DNA of 64,000 nucleotides. Origin: Narcine bancroftii. Its lineage: Eukaryota. Position 1 is the first letter of the stretch. Every line of letters starts with the position of its first letter. This document shows positions 48,655 through 63,132 of the stretch, piece by piece. The DNA lies in assembly GCF_036971445.1 (NCBI RefSeq), contig NC_091473.1, positions 207,514,001 through 207,578,000 on the forward strand. The letters run 5' to 3'. The notes beneath the pieces are model-generated. The model made no database searches. It had not been told where the DNA came from and saw only the letters and a list, made by a program, of their open reading frames with translations. A program made the translations under genes and the position numbers.

Positions 48655-50574
48655 TTGAGGATGGAGATCTTGTCGCTCTCCATCCTCAATCAATGGTCAG
48701 AACACTTCCAATCCCTTTTCAGTGCCAACCGCTAAGTCCAAGAATCCGCCCTGCTCCAGCTCCCTCAACAACCCTTGAGGCTAGAGCTGGATGAGATCCT
48801 TACCCGGGAAGAGACATATAAGGCAATTGAACAACTGAAAAGTGGCAAAACAGCAGGTATGGATAGAATCCCCCCAGAGATCTGGAAGGCTAGTGGCAAA
48901 GCTCTGCATACCAAACTGCATGAGTTTTTCATGCTCTGCTGGGACCAAGGAAAACTGCCTCAGGACCTTCGTGATGCCATCATCATCACCCTGTACAAAA
49001 ACAAAGGCAAGAAAAATCAAACTACAGAGGAATCACGCTGTTCTCCATTGCAGGCAAAATCTTCGCTAGGATTCTCCTTAATAGACTAATACCTAGTGTC
49101 ACCGAAAATGTCCTCCCAGAATCACAGTGTGGTTTTTGCGCAAACAGAGGAACTACTGACATGGTCTTTGCCCTCAGACCGCTCCAAGAAAAGTGCAGAG
49201 AACAAAATAAAGGACTCTACATCACCTTTGTTGACCTCACCAAAGCCTTTGACACTGTGAGCAGGAAAGGGCTTTTGCAAATACTAGAGCGCCTCGGATG
49301 CCCCCCCAAGTTCCTCGACATGGTTATCCAACTGCACGAAAACCAACAAGGTCGGGTCAGATACAGCAATGAGCTCTCTGAACCCTTCTCCATTGACAAC
49401 GGCGTAAAGCAAGGCTGTTTCCTCGCACCAACCCTCTTTACTATCTTCTTCAGCATGATGCTGAAACAAGCCAATAAAGACCTCAACAATGACTTACATC
49501 CGGTACCGCACGGATGGCAGTCTCTTCAATCTGAGGCACCTGCAAGCTCACACCAAGACACAAGAGCAACTTGTCCGTGAACTACTCTTTGCAGACAATG
49601 CCGCTTTAGTTGCCCATTCAGAGCCAGCTCTCCAGCGGATGACGTCCTGTTGTGCGGAAACTGCCAAAATGTTTGGCCTGGAAGTCAGCCTGAAGAAGAC
49701 TGAGGTCCTCCATCAGCCAGCTCCCCACCATGACCACCAACCCCCCCCTCATCTCCATCAGGCACACTGAACTCAAAACGGTCAACCAGTTTACCTACCT
49801 CGGCTGCACCATTTCATCTGATGCAAGGATCGACAAAGAGATAGACAACAGACTCGCCAAGGCAAATAGCGCCTTTGGAAGACTACACAAAAGAGTCTGG
49901 AAAAACAACCAACTGAAAAACCTCACAAAGATCAGCGTGTACAGAGCCGTTGTCATACCCACGCTCCTGTTCAGCTCCGAATCATGGGTCCTCTACCGGC
50001 ATCACCTACGACTCCTAGAACGCTTCCACCAGCGTTGTCTCCGCTCCATCCTAAACATTCATTGGAATGACTTCATCACCACATCGAAGTACTCGAGCTG
50101 GCCGAGTCCGCAAGCATCGAATCCATGCTGCTGAAGACCCAACTGCGCTGGGTGCATCACGTCTCCAGAATGGAGGACCATCGCCTTCCCAAGATCGTGT
50201 TCTATGGCAAGCTCTCCACTGGCCACCGAGACAGAGGTGCACCAAAGAAGAGGTACAAGGACTGTTTAAAGAAATCTCTTGGTGCCTGCCATATTGACCA
50301 CCGCCAGTGGACTGATATCGCCTCCAACCGTGCATCTTGGCGCCTCACAGTTCGGCAGGCAGCAACCTCCTTTGAAGAAGACAGCAGAGCCCATCTCACT
50401 GACAAAAGACAAAGGAGGAAAAACCCAACACCCAACCCCAACCAACCAATTTTCCCTTGCAACCGCTGCAACCACGCCTGCCTGTCCCGCATCGGACTTG
50501 TCAGTCACCAACGAGCCTGCAGCAGACGTGGACATACCCCTCCATAAATCTTCGTCTGCAAAGCCAAGCAAAAG
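48655..50574 (+). mobile_element. 5'-truncated RTE copy in the Gypsy 3' LTR (14-bp TSD AGTAGCTCTATCGA)
   Basis: TSD at 48641-48654 and 50575-50588; similar to 29690-31600 with frameshifts; short inverted 5' segment. Confidence 0.92.
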
Positions 50575-50639
50575 AGTAGCTCTATCGAAGTAGCCGCTAC
50601 ATATATAAATATTTGGCACTTACAGGATACTTTTCATGC

Positions 50640-50980
50640 ATCTCACAGCCTGTAGGAAGAAGCTATTCCCCAGCCTGGCAGTCCTGATTTTGATGATGGA
50701 CGTGGTTCAAGATGCTGTTCACTGGATGGAAATGGTCTTTTTACTATTCCTTGAGCCCTATTTGAACAACACTCCCAGTAAATGTCATCTACAGAAGAAA
50801 GGGAGACCCCAGTGATCCTCACAACTCTGCATCATTCCTGTCTGATGCTTTACAGCTACTAGACCATCTAATGATGCAGCCAGACACGAGACTCAATTGC
50901 GCTCCTGTAAAATCTCAGGATGAGAGCCATTGGCCTTGACCTCCTCAGTCTCCTTGGGAAGTGTAGGCGCTTCTGACCAA
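50640..50980 (-). mobile_element. Rex1/Babar-like LINE 3' fragment
   Basis: Characteristic sequence (agcctgtaggaagaagctattccccagcctgg; ctcctcagtctccttgggaagtgtaggcgct, reading KRLHFPRRLRR on minus). Confidence 0.6.
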
Positions 50981-51380
50981 TAAGGTGGAGTGATTGTTTT
51001 GTGTATTAATACGTGTGCTCTATGGATGGGAATTTTATGTGATTGTATTGTATATTCTTGCTCTTTAACAATCTTGAGTGGATAGAAGTAGTCATTGTAC
51101 TTTAGGATGTACAATCATGTACAGATTGTCCTTAAATAGTCATTTGGCCCAGATGTCTATTCAGTACAAGAATACTTTCGATCACAGACAGATTTTGAAC
51201 AATAACACCATTCATTTTGCAACAACTGCCACTTAATTTTGCCAGTTGTTCAATGGCAAGCTATATGGGGAAAACTCTTCTGCCTGAAAGGAGTAATTAT
51301 ATTCAAATGGGCAGTAGATCAAGAGATGGAAACAGTGAAATCATACAGGGTGAGTGGCTGCTTAAAATTAGAAACATTCG

Positions 51381-54300
51381 GCTTTTTTTTTGAAACTTTA
51401 TTTAAAATTTTTATCACATGAATAAAACAAAAAAAAATTACATTTAAAGAAAGATAAAAATAAAATAATTATTACAACACAGCATTAATAACCGAACTTA
51501 AATCAGTCTAACCACCCCCCCCCATATATACGGCCACTAAAAAAAAACTATATATAGAAAAAGAAACCCCACCCTTCCCCCTCCCCAAAATAAAGAGTGA
51601 AGAATTAATAAAGTTAGTAATATTATATATATAAAAAACACTCACAAACAAAAAAAAATAACAAGTAAAAATATTAATTAAAAAAAAGTTATCAAATCTA
51701 AAATATCACACATAAAACATATTTAAATCAAACTTAATTGCATGTACTTAACAAATGGAGTCCACTTCAGCTTATAAAAAGACATCTTATCTTGAATTGA
51801 AAAAGATATCTTTTCCATAATTAAACAAGACTTCATCTCTAAATACCACCTATCTAAGGTTAGTATATTTCTATCTTTCCAAGTAAGCGCTATACATTTC
51901 TTAGCCACCGCTAAGGCTAAATAGATAAAAGAAATCTGATAATCATTTAAGCCTAAGTCAATTAATGATTGCATATTCCCTAATAAAAATATATCAGGAT
52001 CTAATACAACATAGATATTATATAAACTATTAAATATAGATTGAATACCTTTCCAAAACTTTTGCAATCGATCACAGAACCAAACTGTATGTAAAAAAGT
52101 ATTAGCCGTCTGATCACAACGAAAACAACAATCTACCTTACTAAGACCAAACTTTTTTAATTTCTCTGGTGTTAAATATAATTGATGTATAAAATTATAG
52201 TTAATCATCGCTAATCTAGCATTAATCAATTTCCGAATACTATTCTGACAAATTTCCATCCAGGCTTCTTCAGCTATTATAGAACCTAAATCTTTTTCCC
52301 ATTTCAACTTATCTTTATCCCAATCTATCTTATTTTCATTTTCTTGTAAAATACAATACAAATCAGATATATACCCCTTTTTTGGTATGGAAAGTACATA
52401 TTTCTCAAAACTAGTTTCAGGCAATAAAATTATATGTCGGCCACATACCTGTTTTACAAATGATCTTAACTGATAATATACAAATACAGAATTTCCACTA
52501 ATACCAAATTTCCTTTGTAATTCCTCAAAAGAACAAAAACATCCTTCAAAAAAACAATCTGATAATTTTTTTATTCCTTTCCTTTCCCATTGTTTCAAAG
52601 TAATATTGGAGACTGTAAAAGGAACAAGTTGATTATTATATAATGGCAATCGCCCAGACCATTTATTTTTAAGCCCCAATTTATTAAGTTTACTTGTCCA
52701 TAAATTCAATAAATGTTTCAATATTGGTACATCATAAGTTCGTAAAAATTTTTTTATTCCATCGAAACAAAAACTCATGTGGAAATTTTTCTAAAATAAC
52801 TGCCATTTCTATCTTTGCCCAACTAAGTGGGTCCTCCGTATTCATTAATGCACTAAGAAATTTAAATTGAGCTGCCTCATAATAATGTTGAAAATTTGGT
52901 AGTCTCAAACCTCCAAATTGAAAATCCCACATCAACTTTCTCATTGCTACCCTCGGAAATTTTCCCTTCCATAAGAAATCTCTAACTGCTTTATATAAAT
53001 CCTTAAAAAAGCTTTTTTTTTAAATAAGGAATTGATTGAAACAAATACTGTATCCGAGGAAAAATATTCATTTTTATAGTGTTAATCCTCCCCAATAAAC
53101 CTAAAGGTAAATCCTTCCACCTAATCAAGTCTAACAATATTTTTTATTAAAGGAAGATAATTAATTGAATATAAATCTTGATATTCTGTATTAACATTAA
53201 TTCCTAAATATTTAATTTGTTTAGTCCACTTCAGATTTATAATATTTTTATATATTGAATAATCATCTTTACAAATTGACAAAATTTCACTTTAAACCCA
53301 GTTTACCTTATAACCAAATAATTGACCATAATTTTCTAGAGATTCTTGAATTGCTGGTAAAGAAATATCAGGATCCACCAAATATAATAAAACATCATCA
53401 GCAAATAAATTAATCTTATATTCCTCATTTAAAACTCTCAAACCCTTAACATTTTCATTTTGACGTATTAATTGTGCCAAAGGTTCAATAACTATAGCAA
53501 ATAAAGCAGGTGACAATGGACATCCTTGCCCAGTAGACCTTGTTAAATCAAAAGATTCTGAAATCTGCCCATTGGTAGCAACTCTAGCCATCGGACTATT
53601 ATATAAAGCCTTTATCAATCCAAGAAACGAGGAACCAAAACAAAATTTCTCAAGTACTTTAAATAAAAACTTCCATTCCACTCTATCAAAAGCCTTTTCT
53701 GCATCCAACGAAACCACTATTGGATAATTCATTTGAGATTTAGATTTGTTTATCAAAGTTATTAAATGTAAAATATTATCAGACGCATATCTATTTTTTA
53801 TAAATCCTGTTTGGTCTTTATGTATTATTTTAGGTAAATATTGAGCTAATCTATTAGCCATAACTTTAGCTACAATTTTATAATCCACATTTAACAACGA
53901 TATTGGTCGATAAGAAGAAACCTGTAAAGGATCTTTATATTTTTTTGGTATAACTGTAATTATAGCATTAGAACAAGATTCAGGTAATTGAAAAGTTTTA
54001 TAAATTTGCTGTATTACATCCTTATAAATAGAAGATATATCAACATAAAAAGTTTTATAAAACTCTATAGAAAACCCATCTTCACCAGGTGCCTTTCCAT
54101 TTGGCATATCTCTTATTGCCATTTCAATTTCATTTTCTGTAAAAGATTTATCCAACTCTTGTCTATCTTCTTGATTCAGTTGTGGCAATTTAATATTTTT
54201 CAAAAAAGAATCTATTGCATCTTCAGTTACATCTTTACATTCTGAAGTATATAATTTTTTATAAAAATTACAAAATTCCTCATTAATTTCTTTTTGTCTA

Positions 54301-57300
54301 AAAGTAATACCTGATTTCTTTCTAATTGCTGGTATAATCTAGATAATTGTTCTTTTTTCAACTGCCATGAAAGGACTTTATGAGCTTTCTCACCCCATTC
54401 ATAAAACTTATGTTTAGTTCGATTCATTAAACATTTAAACCAATATGTTTGTAATTCATTATATTTAAATTTTAAATTAGTTAATTGATTCTTTTGCATT
54501 TCAGTAGGATTTTTTTTTAATTCTTTTTCAGTAACAGTTATCTTTTTCTCTAAATCTTCAATCTCTCTGATTCTCTCTTTCTTTACTTTAGAAGCATAAC
54601 TAATAATTTGACCTCGTAAAACAGCTTTCATTGCATCCCATAAAACAAAATGACTAGAAACAGAATTAATATTATTACTAATAAAAACCTCGATTTGTTT
54701 TTTTAGATAACTAATAAATTCTGGTTTTTGTAATAACATAGTATTAAATCTCCATTTTGAGGTTCTCTGAACATCTTGCGAACTCTGATATTCTAATAAT
54801 AGTAATGAATGATCTGAAACCAACCTTGCCTTATAATCCACAGATATAATGCTATCTTGCAAATGCGTTGAAATTAAAAAATAATCAATTCTTGAAAAAG
54901 AATTATGGCGTGAGGAATAAAAAGAAAAATCTTTCTCTGTAGGATTAAATCTTCGCCAAATATCAACTAAATTCAAATCTTTCATCATATTAGTCACTTG
55001 CACTGCCATCTTAGATTTCTTAATTACTCTTGGATACTTGTCCAATAAAGGCTCCAATACCACATTTAAATCTCCCCCAATCATCACATTAGAATTTGCT
55101 TGTCCAAGTAATAAAGACATATCCACAACAAAAGCTGTATCCTCAACATTTGGAGCATAAACATCAAGCAAAGTCCAAGCCTCGTTAAAGATTGTACAAT
55201 TCAGTCTTAATAATCTTCCACCATTTTTCTCTTCATTCTGTAACTGAAATGGTAGATTCTTGTGCACCAAAATTGCCACTCCTTTTGCCTTTGAATTAAA
55301 TGAAGAATAAAAAACTTGTCCAACCCATTCACGTTTAAGTTTCAAATGTTCCTTATCCATTAAATGAGTTTCCTGCAAAAAAGCCACATCAACTTTTAAT
55401 TTTTTTAAGTAAGCAAGTACTTTCTTACGCTTAATATTATTATTTAAACCCTGGACATTAAGAGAAGCAAACTTTAATTTAGACATTTCTTACAACAACA
55501 CAACAAGAGAAAAAAAACAAAAAAAAACAAGAAAAAAAAGAAAGAAAGAAAAAGAAAAAAAAACTCCCCTCCCCTTATCCCCTCTTAAAACTACAACAAA
55601 AAAAGAAATTATTTTGTTGAAAAAAAAATAAAAAGAAACTTCACTCCTTAATCCAAAAATTAATAAAAATAAACAGATAGGAGGTTACGACTACCTCCTC
55701 CTGTCTGAACCGCACAATGCGGTAACTCCCATAAAATATTGGGTGTGAGATAACTCACACGTAGCTGACGACTTCTGGAAAATAATGCCCACCCAGTTCC
55801 CTCTCCTAACTCCAATTTCACATTAAACTATCATCATTATCTAAATCTTCTCGAGAAAAATTAAAAAAAAAAATTTAATCAGCTTTGTCACTCCGACCAC
55901 CATTGCTTCCATTTCTTCTTGAAATTCGGTTCCCATCTTGTGTCTCCCCTCTCTTCAGAGACCGTGGAGGACTATGTTGTTCCTGGAATTGCGTAATTGG
56001 TAACAGTTGAGAAAAGTCCATAGCTTCTTTAGGGTTATCAAAAAATTTTGGTTGGTATCCATCCTGAAAATCTTCAATACTGCAGGGTATCTAAATGTTG
56101 CTTTATATCCTTTTTTCCATAACACTTCTTTCACAGGATTAAATTCACGTCGTTGAGACATAATTTCTTGACTCAAATCCGGATAAAAAAAAATACGATT
56201 GTTCTGGACCATCAAAGGAGATCTGCTTTGTTGAGCATTTCTAATAGCCACACGCAAAATTGTCTCTCTATCATAATAGTTTAGACAATGGACCAGAACA
56301 GGTCTTGGATTCTGTCCTGGAAAAGGCTTTCTTCTCAAAGCTCGATGAGCACGTTCCAGTATTAAACCATGTGGGAACTAATCTTGTCCTAAAACTTGAG
56401 GGATCCAATCAGTAAAGAATTTTCTTGGATCTGGTCCTTCTATATCTTCTGGCAAACCAATAATTTTTACGTTGTTCCGTCTAGACTGATTCTCCAAATA
56501 ATCAACCTTTTTCGCTAAATTTTTATTCTGAGTTTGTAAAGTTTCAATTGTTTTATTTACGTCTTGTATTTGGTCTTGTACCTCAACCTTGGTCACAAAC
56601 ATCAAGTTTTTCATTCATTTCAAGCTTAAAAGCTCCATAATCAACCATCTATTGAGTATTAATGCCCACCAAGGTATTAAGCTTGGTATTAACTTGAACC
56701 AAAGATTTACCTAACTCTTTGATTGAAGAAGATAACTTAAATTCAAGATTCTTGATAAGCATATCAACAGGAATAGATTCAGGCAAAATAGGATCCTGCT
56801 GTTTCTGAATAACCAGAGGGTCTTCTAATCCTTCCCTTAGTTTAACTGCTTTTCTTGCAGTATGACTCCGTGTAGAAACCCCTGCCACAACCTCCTCAGC
56901 AATATCAGAAGACTGGTATTCAGGGTTATCCTTAACCCATATTACATCAAAAGCCTTCATTACATCAAGATCTATTGAAGTCTTCATAACTGGTGGTGCA
57001 TTTTGCAGCGCCACTGCTACATCGATCGGTGGACGTCTCTTTAAAGTCGGGTCTTCAGCTGGCGGCGTCCCAGCTGTTTCAACTGTCAAAAGTTCAGTGA
57101 CAGCTCTCATAGGCGTTGATTGAAATACACGCGCCTGGCTAGCCCTTTGTTCCAAAGGCTGCCGGGCGCCATCTTTAAAGAGCCCTACCGGTACAGAGCA
57201 GAGCTCCTTTGCCGAATCCTGCACTTCTCCTCTTAGATCCATTTCACGCTGAGTCCTGGCTTCTTGTAAACAGGTAGGCTCAGATAACTTCGGGAAATGT

Positions 57301-57496
57301 AATTTCTTAGTGATCTGTTGCCGTTTTCTTTTACTTTTTTTAAGCAATTGTACCATTAGATGCTAGTTTAACACCTCTAACTACTTATAAACTTTTTAGA
57401 AAGTTTCAACGGGCACTTATAGACAAAACAATAACAAAGAGTCAGGAGAGGACTGGAAGGCATGTCTGATCCTTATGCCATCTTGCCACGCCCCTC
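51381..57496 (-). mobile_element. Full-length but disrupted L1 of a further family (15-bp TSD AATTAGAAACATTCG)
   Basis: TSD at 51366-51380 and 57497-57511; 5' end GGGGCGTGGCAAGATGGC; ORF1 pieces 57356-55955 (LENQSRRNNVKIIGLPE, FFYPDLS); ORF2 pieces 55486-51723. Confidence 0.92.
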
Positions 57497-57511
57497 AATT
57501 AGAAACATTCG

Positions 57512-58200
57512 TGTTCATGCTATAGAGTTTAAGGCTGCCCAGGAGGAATAAAATGTGTTTTATTTAAATTTGTTTGCCCTCACCCTGGCGAAGGATGGGG
57601 CCAACAGACATGTTGCTGGAAGGGTTCAAGAATTGATATGGTAGGTCACAGGAAGCTCAAGTTTAGATCAACAGAGTGCAGGTGTTTAGCTAAATGGCCA
57701 CCCAGTCTGCATTTGGTCTTACTGATATCGAATTCAACTGAGTCTACCAAATAGATTAGGTTGGATGGGGTGCATGTGAAACTCTGCCTCACCTGGAAGG
57801 TCTGATTGTGGCCTTGGATGGAAGTGAGAGGAGATGTAGGGACAAGTTTGGCAATTTCTGCAGTTCCAATGGGGAGTGCGTCAGGTGGTGGTGGGTGGAG
57901 AAGGAAGTGCCGTCGAGGGAGTCACAGAAGGATGTGCCCCTGTGAAAAGAGGATATGAGTGGAGTGGGTTAGATGTAGCAGGTTAGAGGATGGTGCTGAA
58001 GTTGGAAGTGTCCAAGGATAATGTGTCAGATGTGGCAGCTGATGGGTGGTAAGTGAGAAACCTGAGGGATTCTGTCCTTTTTCTGCTGGAGAGGCTGAAA
58101 GATAATTGGAGATATGGGTGCAGGCTTTATCAATGACGGTATGGCGGAATCTGCATTTATTGAAGAAATAAGACATTTTGGGTATCCTGGAGTAGAGGAC
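57512..58200 (-). mobile_element. Penelope-like element relic (GIY-YIG region)
   Basis: Minus strand near 57810-57670 reads QTFQVRQSFTCTPSNLIY...ISKTKCRLGGHLAKHLHSV, a decayed Penelope endonuclease motif. Confidence 0.7.
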
Positions 58201-58845
58201 TTAATCTTGGGATTGTTACAGGCCCAGAGGACCCCAAAACCTCGCAGCAATAGGAAATCACCAAGACAAATGGATACTTAAACAAAGATCTTTTTAAATT
58301 AAAAAAAAATAGGATCAGACTTTAACTTATCAAACTTTGCTTGATGTCCCATTTCCCTTTCACTCCACACAGTAACTACAAGAATTATGTGGGACTAAGT
58401 ATTTCACTTGTGCTGTACAACAGATTGGATTGAAATTAGTGACCCCTGCAATCTCTCACTCTTGGCATTTTCAGTTTCTGAAATGGACCATTGCAGATTT
58501 TCTAACATCCTTTGCCAGATTTTTACACCCTCACTTAACCCACCTCTATCCTTTTTGTCTTCAGCATTGACTTTCGATCCGATCATCAAGCAACTGTGCC
58601 TTCAGAACCTTTGCCCAAGCATTGACTATATATATATTAGCAGGTTGAAGGCTCAGCACTCTTCCTGTGGCACCTCACTCAGTACATTTTTCCAATCAAA
58701 AAAGACCCAAGAATGTTGACTCTCTGCTACCCAGCCCTTCTCTCCATGTCAAGATGTTCCCTCCTGATCCCTGAGCTTTATTTTTCTGAAAAGGACTTTG
58801 AGGGCTATTCCAGAAAAATGAAACTCAGGGCTCAGGAGGTAACTG

Positions 58846-59090
58846 GGCAGCCACAGTTGGCGTAGCAGTTAGTGCAACGCCTTTACAGCGCCAACAATCA
58901 AGACCGGGGTTGGAATCCCGCGCTGTCTGTAAGGAGTTTGTACGTTCTCTCAGAGTCTGTGTGGATTTTTCCCAGGGTCTCCAGTTTCCTTCCAATATTC
59001 AAAACTTACCAGTGGTGTAGGTTAATTGGGTGTAAATTGGACCCATGGGCTGAAATGGCCTGTTCCTGTGCTGTATATTTAAATTTAAAT
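58846..59090 (+). mobile_element. tRNA-derived V-SINE (HE1-like)
   Basis: A-box-like TGGCGTAGCAGTTAG, B-box-like GGTTGGAATCCC, V core GGAGTTTGTACGTTCTC, CR1-type tail and TTTAAA repeats. Confidence 0.8.
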
Positions 59091-59439
59091 GATCCTTGTC
59101 TACTGCAATCTGAGTACAGTACATCCACCGGCTACCCATTCTCTGCAACTCATGTCATGTATTCAAAGAATTCCAAGCAGGGGTTGTGTGTTCTTCCTGT
59201 GACTATGTAGGTTTCTGCTGGATTCTCCAGTCTCCTCTCTCATCCCAAAGATGCGTTGCCATGTTGGTTAATTGGCTGCTGTAAATGACCTCTGTAGTAG
59301 GGAGGTAACAGGGGAATGAGTGGGGAGTTATGTGAGTTGAAAGAAAACAGAATGCTCTGAGAGCTGGTGCAGACTCATCGGGCTGAATGCGCCCCTTCCA
59401 CATTAAAGGCAATATGAGATTGTTCTTTATAGCTTCTAA

Positions 59440-60185
59440 CCTTTTGAAAGAGGAAATAAACAGGCAGATTATTATTTGGGTGGGGAGAAAATTCAAAATT
59501 TGGAAGTGTAAAGGGACTTGTGGTTCTTGTGCAGGGCACCCGAAAGGTTGGATTAGCAGTTAAGAAAGTGAATGCTATGTTGGCGTTCATTTCAAGAGGA
59601 ATAGCGTATAAGGGTAAAGAGGTGTTGATGAATCTCTATGGGGCACTGGTGAGACTTTATTCAGAGTACTGTGTTCAGTTTTCAGCCCCTTATCTTAGAA
59701 GGGATATAATGATGTTGGAAAGAGTGTAGAGAAGATTTACCAGGATGATTCCTGGAATGCAAGGGCTAACACATGAGGAACGCTTAGCAGCTCTTGGACT
59801 GTATTCATTGGAGAATAGAAGAATAAGAAGGGATCTTGCAGAAACATTTTGAAAACTGAAAGGATTGGACAGAGTAGAAGTGAATAAATATTTCCCTTGG
59901 AGGACAAGAGGACACAGTCTTAGAATTAGAAGGAACCCATTTAAAACAGAGAGGAGGAGAAATTTCTTTAGCCAGGGGGATGTGGATTTGTGGGATTCAT
60001 TGCCACATAAAGTTGTGGAGGCCCGATCATTGGAGGAGTTAAAGGAAGTATCTAATTAGTCAGAGTATCAAGGATAATGGGGAAAAGGCTGGAAATTGGA
60101 ACTAGACGCGAGAAAGGTTTAGCTCGGTGTGGAGTTGCGGAACAGATATGATGGGCTGAATGGCCTACTTCTGTTTCTTGTGAAT
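59440..60185 (+). mobile_element. CR1 LINE 3' fragment
   Basis: KKVNAMLAFISRGIAYKGKEV, EYCVQF, TRGHSLRI, tail gggctgaatggcctacttct. Confidence 0.8.
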
Positions 60186-61882
60186 ATTTTACTGATGGCA
60201 GATGTTCAGCCAAGTGGCCTGTGATTGCAGACTTCCTGCTCTACCTTCCTGAATGTAGGAAATACATTTTCTGTATCTCATCGAAGGGAATTGCTCCAAA
60301 CTTCATGAAATTTGAAATATTAAAAGCAGTTACCAAACATCAGAATTCACAGCTATTTTTCCAAAAAACACTGATCCCTTTATTGTTCTGTTCTTAACAT
60401 GCTCACCTAATCATCCAATCTCAGAAAACACTGACCTGATGATTTAATATTTCTGCTGTCTCACTAACGTTACTTGGAGGTATTAACCCCATCTCACTTG
60501 AACTAGATTAGCAGGACGATGGGAACCAGGATGCCAGATCAGATATGGGAGTGAAGGAGGAAAGAAATGGACTGAAGATTGAAGATTACAGGAAACGTCA
60601 GAGTTTTCAAGTGCATTTATTTCTATGCAGAAGTATTATTGGAAAGGCAGACGAGCTTAGAGCAAAGAGTGGCATGTGGATTATGACATTGTCCTGCATA
60701 AGGGGCAGGACTGACAGCTCAATATTCTGGGCTTCTATTGATAGAACAGGGGGATGAAAGGGGGAGGAGGAGCATTGCTCATCAAGGAAAATAGCACAAA
60801 TGTGCTCAGACAGGACAGACCAGAAGACTCCTCTCCTGAGGCTATTTGGGTCAAGCTGAGGACTGGGAAAGGTATGACCACCCTCATGGAGTTGTATTAT
60901 AAACTGCCCAATACTCAACGAGAATTGGAAGAGCAAATGTGTAGAGAGATAACAGACAGCTGCAGGAAACATAAAGGTGTGATAGGAGGAGATTTTAACT
61001 CTCCACATATTAAAAGAGCTGGATGGCTTGAAGCTTGTCAAATGTGTTGAGGAAAGTTTTCTCAATTAATATACAGAGGTATCAACTAGAGAGAATGCAA
61101 TATTGAATCTCCTATTAGGGAACGAGACCAGACAAGTGACAGAAGTATGTGCAGGGTAATATTTTGAGTCCAGTGATCATAATGTTATACATCGCAAGTT
61201 AATTATGGAGAAGTATAGGTCTGGGCCTCGAGTTGAGATTGTAAATTGGAGAAAGACCAATTTTGAGGAAATGAGAAAAGATCTAGAACATGTGGATTGG
61301 GATAAGTTGTCTTCTGGCAAAGATGTGCAAGGTAAGTATAAGACCTTTAAAAGTGAAACTTTGAGAGCACATTGTTTGTATGTTCCTGTCAGGATTAAAA
61401 GCAAACTTAACAGGCATATGAAACCTTGGTTTATGAGGGATGCTGGGGATCTGGTTTGGAGGAAGAGAGAGATAAATAACAGGCATAGACAACACAGAGT
61501 AAATGAAGTTCTTGAGAAGTATGATAAATGCAAGAAAAAAGAAAGAAATCAGGAAGGCTAAAAGAAGACATGAGGTTGCTTTGGCAAACAATGAGATGGA
61601 AAATCCTCAAGGTTTCTACAGCTTTACTAAATGCAAAAGGAAAGTAGGGTCACAATTGGTCCCCTTGAAGATCAGATTGATCAGCTATACATGCAGCCAG
61701 AAGAGATGGGGAGTTCTTAAATAGGCATTTTGTATCACTATTGAATCAGGAAACTGGGACAGAATCCAGGGAAGTAGGAAAACAAGCAGAGTAAAGAGGA
61801 GGTGGTGCTTGCTGTTGTAAAGCAAATAAGGATGGATTGATCCCCAGGGTTGACAAGATATTCCCTTGGGCCTTGAGGGAGG

Positions 61883-62122
61883 TGTGATAGTACAGATCTA
61901 TCACCAATGTACATAGTGTATATAGTTACTGTATCTAGACTGTGCTTACAGTGATTGGCTGAGAGCTAAGCCACACCTATTGTCTGGGCCTTAAAGGGTT
62001 GTGTCCCTAGCCAGATCGGATCATTCCGGACTGTTTGGCCGCATGTGAAGAGCTCCGGTCTTTTGCTAATAAAAACCTTGGTTTGGATCAACAAGTCTTT
62101 GGTTCTTTCGACGAGCTCTACA
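61883..62122 (+). mobile_element. 240-bp solo LTR, 5-bp TSD GGAGG
   Basis: TGT...ACA termini; GGAGG at 61878-61882 and 62123-62127; internal AATAAA; CR1 sequence resumes cleanly on either side. Confidence 0.88.
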
Positions 62123-62844
62123 GGAGGCTAGTGTAGAAATTGCAGGAGCTCTGGCAGAAATATTTAAAATGTCCTCAGCCACGTGTGCGGAGCCGGATCA
62201 TTGGAGGGTAGCTCATGTTGTTCCGTTGTTTAAAGGAAGTTCCAAAAGTGACCGTGAAAATCATCAGCTGGTGAGAGCCTGACATCAGTAGTAGGTAAAT
62301 TACTGAAAGGTGTTCTAAAAGATTGGATATACAAGTATTTGGATAGTGAGGGACTGGTTAGGGATCGTCAACATGGCTTTGTTTGTGGAAGGTCACGTTT
62401 AACCAATGTTTCAGAGTTTTTTGAGCAGAAAAGTTGATGAAGGTAAGGCTGTGGATGTTATCTCCATGGTCTTTAGTTAAGGCCTTTTACAAGGTCCCAC
62501 ATGGCAGGTTAGTCAGGAAGATTCAGACACTTAATATTCATGGTGAGGGAGTAAACAGGATTCAAGATTGGCTATACAGGAGAAGGCAGAGAGTGGTAGT
62601 GGATGATTGATTGCTTCTTAGAATGGAGGCCTGTGACTAGTGATGTACCTCAGGGATTGGCTCTGTGACCATTATTTTTTGTTATCTATAGCAAAGGTAA
62701 TGTGGTGAATTAGATCAGCAAACTTGGAGGTGTTGTGGACAACGAGGAAAGCTTTCAAATTTGCAGAGGGATCTGGACCAGCTGAAATGGGCTGAAAAAT
62801 GGCAGATGGAGTTTAATGCAGACAAGCGTGAGGTGTTGCATTTT

Positions 62845-63132
62845 AATTTAATTTCGACATACAGCATGGTAACAGGCCCTTTTGGCCCACAATCCCATGC
62901 TGCCCAATTACCCCAATTTGACTTACAACTCGTGGTACGTTTTGAAAGTTGGGAGGAAACCGGAGCCCCGGGAAAAAAACTCAATCATGGGGAGAATGTA
63001 TATACTCCTTACACACAACACAGAATTCAAACACTGGTCCAGATCTCTGGAGCTGTAACAGTGTTGAGCTAACGGTGTTGTCCCCTAACTGTTACACTAA
63101 GCGCGACACCCCTACACTAACCATGCCACCCC
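62845..63132 (-). mobile_element. V-SINE inserted in CR1
   Basis: Reverse match to 58846-59090 (gggaggaaaccggag, ggggagaatgta). Confidence 0.75.

Larger units (their letters stand above)
45143..50601 (+). mobile_element. Degenerate Gypsy LTR retrotransposon (partial 5' LTR 45143-45339, PBS 45342-45351, gag-pol relic, poly-G PPT, 3' LTR 48312-50601 interrupted by RTE)
   Basis: LTR ends GCTACA then TGGTGACCCC; gag LPPFWTHQPQVW, protease FLVDTSAE, RT SPWASPLHMVPK / YHQIPV / YLDNI, integrase VDLLGPLP, LQQPYEGPFRV; RNase H region deleted. Confidence 0.88.
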
